A DNA stretch of 63,981 nucleotides, the filler included, from Licmophora abbreviata (taxonomy: Eukaryota): assembly GCA_900291995.1 (NCBI GenBank). It is 9 parts of 9 records of this genome, joined end to end, with 100 filler letters (N's around TTAATTAATTAA, not from the genome) between each part and the next. Parts side by side here need not be neighbours in the genome. Positions count along the whole stretch, not along the records: positions 55,603 to 62,658 come from OLMU01001966.1; positions 62,759 to 63,981 come from OLMU01001994.1; 7 more parts are not named here. One strand, 5' to 3'. Positions 57,908 to 63,981 of this stretch are shown piece by piece (within the stretch, counting starts at the first letter, position 1; each line of letters begins with the position of its first letter). Both the position numbers and the translations under genes were made by a program. The notes beneath the pieces are model-generated. The model was not told the origin of the DNA, searched no databases, and saw nothing but the letters and a program-made list of their open reading frames with translations.

Positions 57908-59456
57908 ATGAAGAGCCTCTACTCCCATAGACTGGCGCTTCCACTTGTGATGTTCTTTGCCGCGCGCTCTCGTGTAGTTGCATGGCTTCCGCATCGAATA
58001 CCGCGCTCAACAGTCGTAGTCATCTCGAGTGTTGATCAACGATTCCTCTCTTTCAGAAGTCGACCTTCTTCCAGGAGGCGCGTCGGGAATCAGGACCTGG
58101 AAGTTGATGACCAGGGGCGTAGAGTCCGACGCAGGCGTAGGGAAGACGTTGGTACAAGCTGGGACGATTTTGACCCCTCCGCTGCTGCGGAATCGTCGTC
58201 CTCACCAGATACGAGAGAAGAGGGGGGCGGATGGGATAATTTCGACCCTTTTGTAGATAAACAACAACTTCGACCATCGTCAGCGCCACTGCGCCGACGA
58301 GGGGGAGGGGGAGCTGATCGAAGAGCTCCTGATCGAGACAATAGGGGAGACCGCTCCTACCCTCCGAAAGGACCACGGAAAGGGCGCCGTGAAGAGAGCC
58401 CCCCTGCTGATGATCGAAAGACCAACCTCAAGGCGCTCGACGGAGCCGGTTTCGTTCACTTGTACGGGATTGGCGTCGGTATTGAATGCCTTGCACGCTG
58501 ATCGACGCGATTTCACTCGCCCGGAGGACTTGATCGACTTGGACGACTTGCCGCCGGAAGACATGGAGCACGAAATGCAGCAGCGTCAGCGCAAACCAGA
58601 GGCCCAGTTTAGCCCATGGCTCTTTGTCCAGGAGCGTGGCTCCAGAGGGGCGAGGAGCTCTGACAAAGTCATGCTAGCAGAGGAAGCGGAACAGCTTGCG
58701 AGAGAGCGAAACATCCCGATCGCGACTGTTGATAAGGGGGTGCTCAACACCCTGTCGAGCAACCGTCCACATCAGGTAAGCAACGCAATGTCTGCGATGT
58801 GAAACAAGGGTAGGAAGTCGTTCGTCCCATGTGCACTCAATATTGTCTTTATGACTGTGTACCGACAGGGATACGTCCTGCGATGCGGTAAGCTTAATTT
58901 TGAGCCGCTGTCTCGGGTGCCGCATCCCCAGAAAGACCCACTGTCGCCGAGTTTGTGGCTCGTGTTGGACGAGGTAGTTGATCCACAGAATCTTGGGGCA
59001 TTGCTACGCTCCGCCTACTTTCTGGGTGGAAAGAAGATTGGAATACTTTTATGTTCCAAGAACTCGGCGCCTCCCTCTCCTGTAGTTTCTGCGGCAAGTG
59101 CCGGGGCCCTTGAACTCGCGAAGGTGTACGAAACCTCCAACCTTCCCAAGACATTGATGTCTGCGCAGCAAGACGGATTCCGTATCCTAGGGGCGTCGTC
59201 GTCGGTCCCACGCGACACCCAGGCATCACTCTATGATCTAGAGGACTTGCCGACCAGTGATCGCCCCACTTTGCTTGTGCTTGGATCTGAAGGCCACGGC
59301 CTGCGAACGCTGGTTGCCAGGGCATGCACGGACTTTGTGCGGATTCCAGGGGGCGTCGGTGCCGCTGAAGATAGTGTGGCTGGTGTTGATTCCCTCAATG
59401 TAAGTGTGACTGGTGGAATTTTAGTGTGGCAGCTGCTTCAAGCGGCATTGAGGTAG
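57908..59456 (+). CDS. SpoU/TrmH rRNA methyltransferase (RlmB/MRM1-like), organelle-targeted; +1 frameshift ~58468; intron 58776-58868
   Basis: RPHQG, LDEVVDPQNLGALLRSAYFLG, ASAGALE, LVLGSEGHG and DSLNVSV motifs. Confidence 0.9.
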
Positions 59457-59510
59457 ACTAGCTATAAAAGGTTGGTGAATGCTCGTCTCTAGCTAGCTTA
59501 GCAGGTTTGT

Positions 59511-60716
59511 TTAGGTTTCATCGTAGAGTTGATCTCGAATAGACTTGTACTCGCTGCCCATCAATTCCATAATTTCGGTCCACAGTGGCTTGGCACGCCG
59601 TGTACCCATTCTATCCCGAGGCTTAAAGAGTACCTCCTTCGAAACTGACGCCACAAACCAGTTACCATCGCGAACCTCCTTCTCAAGTTGGAGAGGCAGC
59701 CATCTTGTACTCTGCACAAAGAACTTGAAGTCAAACCCAGTCATTGGCTTTGCTAGAGAGGGATCCACCATCGCGTCCTGAGCCTGAGCAGGATCTCCTC
59801 CCCAGAAAAGGCCATCCTCTGTAAGCTGTGTGGCTCCCTCCACGACCGGACACACGTGCAACATGTCAAGTCCTGACGAGGATGCGTTGTCGTCGGACCC
59901 ACTAGCCGCCGTTCCTCCAAACCAAAGTGGTTGGATCATAAAGGCTCCCAGTTTCGGCGGCGGGGTTGCGGCTGGAGTCGACATAGCATCACCCTCTGGA
60001 GAAGACGGTTGTTCCAGGTCCCCCAGAAGATACCCTGTTCGCCGATTCATCAGCACTGCTCGAGATCCCAACGTACGGTGCTCCAATACTACGAGAACCG
60101 GAAGCAGATCGGCTCTTCGGTCCGGTCCCAACTCCTGTGGGGGAGGAAGAGTCAAGCCGAACCTTGACAAGAGCGTCGGGCTTGGAGACGATGCCTCGTC
60201 ACCAAAGTCGGCACAGAACTTCGCCGGATTCGCCAAGAGTACAAAGCCCGCTTCGAGCGAATCTTGGGGATTCGCCCAATCTGTGGATTTCTTCTGTGCC
60301 ACACCACCCTTGCTTGTAGCGAAACTGATGAGATCATCAACCGACGAAATGGATCCTTCTTCTTCGCCGTCTTCTTCTACATCTTCTGAGGACTGTTCGC
60401 CAAAGAGGCTCCCCATTCGTGATCGGAAGTCCTCCAACGCTGCGTCGTCCATGTCATCGTACTCGTCGTCTTCATCATCATCGTCGTCTTCATCGTCGTC
60501 GCCGTAGCCTGCAAAGTCATCGTAAAAATTCTCCTCTGCGTTCAGGACTAGAGACACCCTTTGTCGATACGAACAGACTGGTAATTGACGAAAACAGACG
60601 TCAAAGGCGGGCCTGTGGACCTCTGCTCCTGGGATGAAAGCTGCAACCACGCGCACTCGTAAGAGCAGCACGAAACTGCACAGCAGTACGACGCCTCCTC
60701 TTCCAAGGAGCAGCAT
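59511..60716 (-). CDS. AlgH/YqgE (DUF179)-like protein with plastid bipartite leader
   Basis: Signal followed by VAA-FIP; GFVLLA, LMNRRTG, PLWFGG, FKFFV..TRW...QLEKEV...W and LWTEIM motifs. Confidence 0.75.
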   Translation of the reverse strand: MLLLGRGGVVLLCSFVLLLRVRVVAAFIPGAEVHRPAFDVCFRQLPVCSYRQRVSLVLNAEENFYDDFAGYGDDDEDDDDDEDDEYDDMDDAALEDFRSRMGSLFGEQSSEDVEEDGEEEGSISSVDDLISFATSKGGVAQKKSTDWANPQDSLEAGFVLLANPAKFCADFGDEASSPSPTLLSRFGLTLPPPQELGPDRRADLLPVLVVLEHRTLGSRAVLMNRRTGYLLGDLEQPSSPEGDAMSTPAATPPPKLGAFMIQPLWFGGTAASGSDDNASSSGLDMLHVCPVVEGATQLTEDGLFWGGDPAQAQDAMVDPSLAKPMTGFDFKFFVQSTRWLPLQLEKEVRDGNWFVASVSKEVLFKPRDRMGTRRAKPLWTEIMELMGSEYKSIRDQLYDET

Positions 60717-61408
60717 ACTTCTTCGTCGGAAAGAAACAAGGTGGCCAGCCGCCCCGTTGTCAGCGTCAAAGGTCGCGAGCCCCAGCGATCTCAGACTAGT
60801 GGTGGTGGAGTGAAAGAGAAGGGGCTTGTGGCTTGAGGCTTTTCTCCTCACCCCTCACCGTCCGATCGCTTCGTGATGAGCTCATCAAAGGAGGACGAGG
60901 GACACCTGATGGTCATGACGTCATATGACGTAGGCTTTTGAAAATTGAAAATTCGTCGTTCTGACTTCAAAAAGTCTTCATTTTCCGACCGACGAGCAGA
61001 CGAGTGCGGGATGATGGAGGTGGAGGATGGAGGATGAAGCAAAACGCCATGAGCTCTTGTGCATCGACCTCCCTCGCCCTTGCTCTTCTTGCTACGGTAC
61101 TAAGAGAGAGCAGTACGAGCTAGTGAATGCACATCTCTCTAGAGTAGGTCGTAACAACCCTAGCTATCCCTCACAAAGAGAGAAAGATGGTGTGCGTCTA
61201 GCTAGTAGCTACTAGCAGTCACTCTCTCCGAGAAGAGTTCAGTCACTTTGCTCCTCGACCTGACGATTGATCTCTAGAGGCATGGTTACCATCTTTCATG
61301 AAAAATCTCAGACCCTTGGCAATGTCCTATCCAATCGGCGGCCCAGGTAGCCTGCCTGCTCGTTCCTTCATGACCCACGCATAGGATGCCGATAATGGCG
61401 AAAAAGTT

Positions 61409-62386
61409 TCACCTGTTCAAGTCTTGCTGAGTTCTGCGCTTATCTAATCGGCCGGCAGGGTGAGGAACAGGTTTCAGTCGTTCTTGTCTATCATTCGGCA
61501 CACCCGGTGACCTTGCTATGAAATCGACCTTGCGGGTGTCCATAGCTGTTGCAAATCGATCCCTCACGAAATTCAGTCGATCTCTGGGACATGTCAGCTG
61601 GGCATCAGTTGCTTTAGCATTAAGCTTTCTCCATGTATGTCTATATCTGTGGAAGAGTCTTTCAGGTGAAAGGTTCGGTCTTCCGTTGCCATTCTCTCGC
61701 GGCAGAGGAAAACAAGAAGAAGAAGGTCCCTGCCGCGGATTCTTCGGGACCAGGAGCGTTCGCTTCGACTTTGCTGTCAACGTTTTTCGTTTTTCTTTTA
61801 ACCTCTCACGAGCAAGAGCAGCGCTCACTGGGTCACCTTCCACAAGCAAGCTGCGACGACGTTGTCTTCCCGGCATTGTCGACTGTACCACGTGATGTTC
61901 GGAGGGAGGAGTCGATCGATCAAATCGAGTATAGTGCCTACTCCACCACGTCGGGTTGGGCAACGGCGGAAAACCATATTGGTGACCGAAAACAACAGGG
62001 GGCTCTATTTGCTGTCCCGGTGGAGCACGTTGCGATATTCTGCCGCCATAGTACGGCCATCCCGATGGCATCGCCGGTGCCGATATCATCGGGGGTGCCC
62101 CACTAGGGAACACAGATGAATGAGGGTATCGGAGAGGTATTGATTCCGACAAGGTGTCGTGCGCAGGCGATCGATACAACCCACCTGGTTGGGAAAAACG
62201 TCGCCTCAGTGAATCCGGCATTGGGTAAGTTTGAAAAGGATGAACTCCTCCTGCGCCAATGCCATTTTGGAGACGAGGCGCGCGGGGGTGACGAGCACCA
62301 CCACTGCCACGGCCTGGATGGCATTCTTCTTCATCCGGCCGTTTGCGCTTTGGGTCGCCGCGACCTGATGACCCACTCGAGGCCAT
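61409..62386 (-). CDS. Hypothetical Pro/Arg-rich, possibly nuclear protein
   Basis: 325-codon ATG ORF with PKRKRP NLS-like motif; no recognised domain. Confidence 0.55.
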   Translation of the reverse strand: MASSGSSGRGDPKRKRPDEEECHPGRGSGGARHPRAPRLQNGIGAGGVHPFQTYPMPDSLRRRFSQPGGLYRSPAHDTLSESIPLRYPHSSVFPSGAPPMISAPAMPSGWPYYGGRISQRAPPGQQIEPPVVFGHQYGFPPLPNPTWWSRHYTRFDRSTPPSEHHVVQSTMPGRQRRRSLLVEGDPVSAALARERLKEKRKTLTAKSKRTLLVPKNPRQGPSSSCFPLPRENGNGRPNLSPERLFHRYRHTWRKLNAKATDAQLTCPRDRLNFVRDRFATAMDTRKVDFIARSPGVPNDRQERLKPVPHPAGRLDKRRTQQDLNR

Positions 62387-62758
62387 CTCAGTCAGAACCT
62401 GACGCTCATTATCAGTAACGTAGCCATGGACGATGTAAGACTATCTATTTTATTCCTTCTCTCGTGAGGAATACTGTTTTGTTATGTTTTTGAAGGTGGC
62501 GCTTTCTGCCCTCATCACACACTGCTTGTTCGGAATTTCGATTGCCAATTATGGCGCAACGCGTGCCCACTCCCCATCGCTCGGTGCATCTACGTCCATC
62601 ACATTTTGATGAAACTCGTTTGCCGATGGGTAGTGCGACGCATTGGCTTCAAGCATGANNNNNNNNNNNNNNNNNNNNNNNNNNNNNNNNNNNNNNNNNN
62701 NNTTAATTAATTAANNNNNNNNNNNNNNNNNNNNNNNNNNNNNNNNNNNNNNNNNNNN

Positions 62759-63240
62759 CGGGCGTCGGCTTCGGCGTAGGACTAGATCTGCTCGGTGCGG
62801 GGCTGGCACTGGGAGAGTCGGTGGGGTAGGAACTTGGGGCGGGACTTGCGCTGGGGGCGTCGGTTGGGACAGGCGTCGACTTGGGAGTGGGCGGCGGAGT
62901 CGGAGCCATTTCGCTCGGGGCCGGGCTGGCACTGGGAGAGACTGTCGGATAAGAACTCGGGGCCGGACTGGCGCTTGGGGCATCGGTTGGACTAGGCGTG
63001 GGATTAGGAGTGGGTTCCTGAGTCAGCGTCGCCTTGCTTGGGGCTGGGCTAGCACTAGGAGAGTCGGTTGGGTAAGAACTCGGGGCCGGACTGGCGCTTG
63101 GAGCGTCGGTTGGAGCAGGCGAGGGATCGGGAGTGGGCTTCACAGTCGGAGTCATCTTGCTCGGAGCTGGGCTAGCACTGGGAGAGTCGGTCGGATAAGA
63201 GCTCGGGGCCGGACTGGCACTCGGGGCGGTGGATGGAGCT
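62759..63240 (-). repeat. Four ~120-nt coding tandem repeats (PSASPAPSSYPTDSPSASPAPS)
   Basis: Visible at DNA and protein level. Confidence 0.9.
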
Positions 63241-63981
63241 GTAGTCACACGTTCATCCACGCACAAACTCAAGAACCGGATTGCTCCAGACATGGACAGG
63301 CTCACAGTGAGGCTCTTCACATCACCCTCGTTGATGGCCACGTTCTGAATGGAATTGTCGCCCAAGCCATCGACTTCCAGCGTCACAATACTACCATCAG
63401 CTTTCTCCACATACAGCACTGCACGGGGCCCTTCGATGTCCATGAGGCCTAGCATGTACACTTCTGTAGCCGGCTCCTCGAACGTGAACGTCAGGTTTCC
63501 GCCATATGCGTTGTCGTCGGACGGCGCCCTGTCATCTTCTTGAATGATCAGAACGTTGCCTTGTGGCTCACAGTTCTCACCTTCCATCATAGGCTCGCCG
63601 CCTTCACCCACACCTGGTCCAGAGGGACTGCAAAGCTGGTTCGGACTTCCGAGGTCAACATCAAGTCCAGGACTTGACGTGTCCAGAAGGCGACCTTGAC
63701 CGTCAGGGGTGTAGCCACCATCGGCGGACTCAGCCGTGATAGTGATACCATACTTCATAAACCACTGCTCTTTCACATAGTCCCCCCCTTTCAAGTCTGT
63801 CCCCTCTGGAGTCTCCTCAAAGTCAATAAGGATCTTTTCGTAGGGACAGATCGCATCTGTCGGCGCCGCCGTTGGCTCGGCCGTGGGTTCCGGTGTGGGA
63901 GAAGGTGTCGGCTTGGGCGTCGGTTCTGTTGTGGGCTCGGGTGTAGGCTCGGGTGTAGGCTCAGGTGTGGGTTCGGGTGTT
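62759..63981 (-). CDS. Internal part of a Pro/Thr/Ser-repeat extracellular protein with a globular domain
   Basis: Frame open from window end into the gap; (EPTP)n, then a domain with DLGSPN..C...GPGVG.GG...NC.PQGNVLIIQE...DDN..GG, then repeats. Confidence 0.8.

Noticed and set aside
62759..63240. Regularly spaced repeats resembling a CRISPR array
   Set aside because: In-frame coding Pro/Ser/Thr repeats with wobble-position variation; no cas genes; eukaryotic context

Overview
Gene-dense eukaryotic nuclear DNA, most likely from a diatom. The evidence is short GT-AG introns (73-133 nt, one of 353 nt), bipartite signal+'AF' plastid-targeting N-termini, a Phaeodactylum-type delta-6 desaturase, mitochondrial GSIII, CBA1 and a KRE6-like glucan transglycosylase. 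The window is a scaffold of nine contigs joined by eight artificial 100-nt N...TTAATTAATTAA...N spacers. It holds about 37 protein-coding genes and one decayed non-LTR retrotransposon of the restriction-like-endonuclease class. Four genes are each broken by one extra base in a homopolymer, probably sequencing error. I found no rRNA, tRNA or CRISPR, and no clearly novel multi-gene system. The best leads are: (1) an unusually long, stem-loop-rich intron in GSIII plus a promoter inverted repeat; (2) a B12-motif-like palindrome upstream of CBA1; (3) a Kv-like channel with a TGQG filter and an EF-hand; (4) two apparent pseudoenzymes; (5) a head-to-head glycosyltransferase pair; (6) RXL/Lys-rich candidate cell-wall proteins; (7) CpG-type decay of the transposon's catalytic residues. 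All family calls come from motif recognition by eye; no database search was run.
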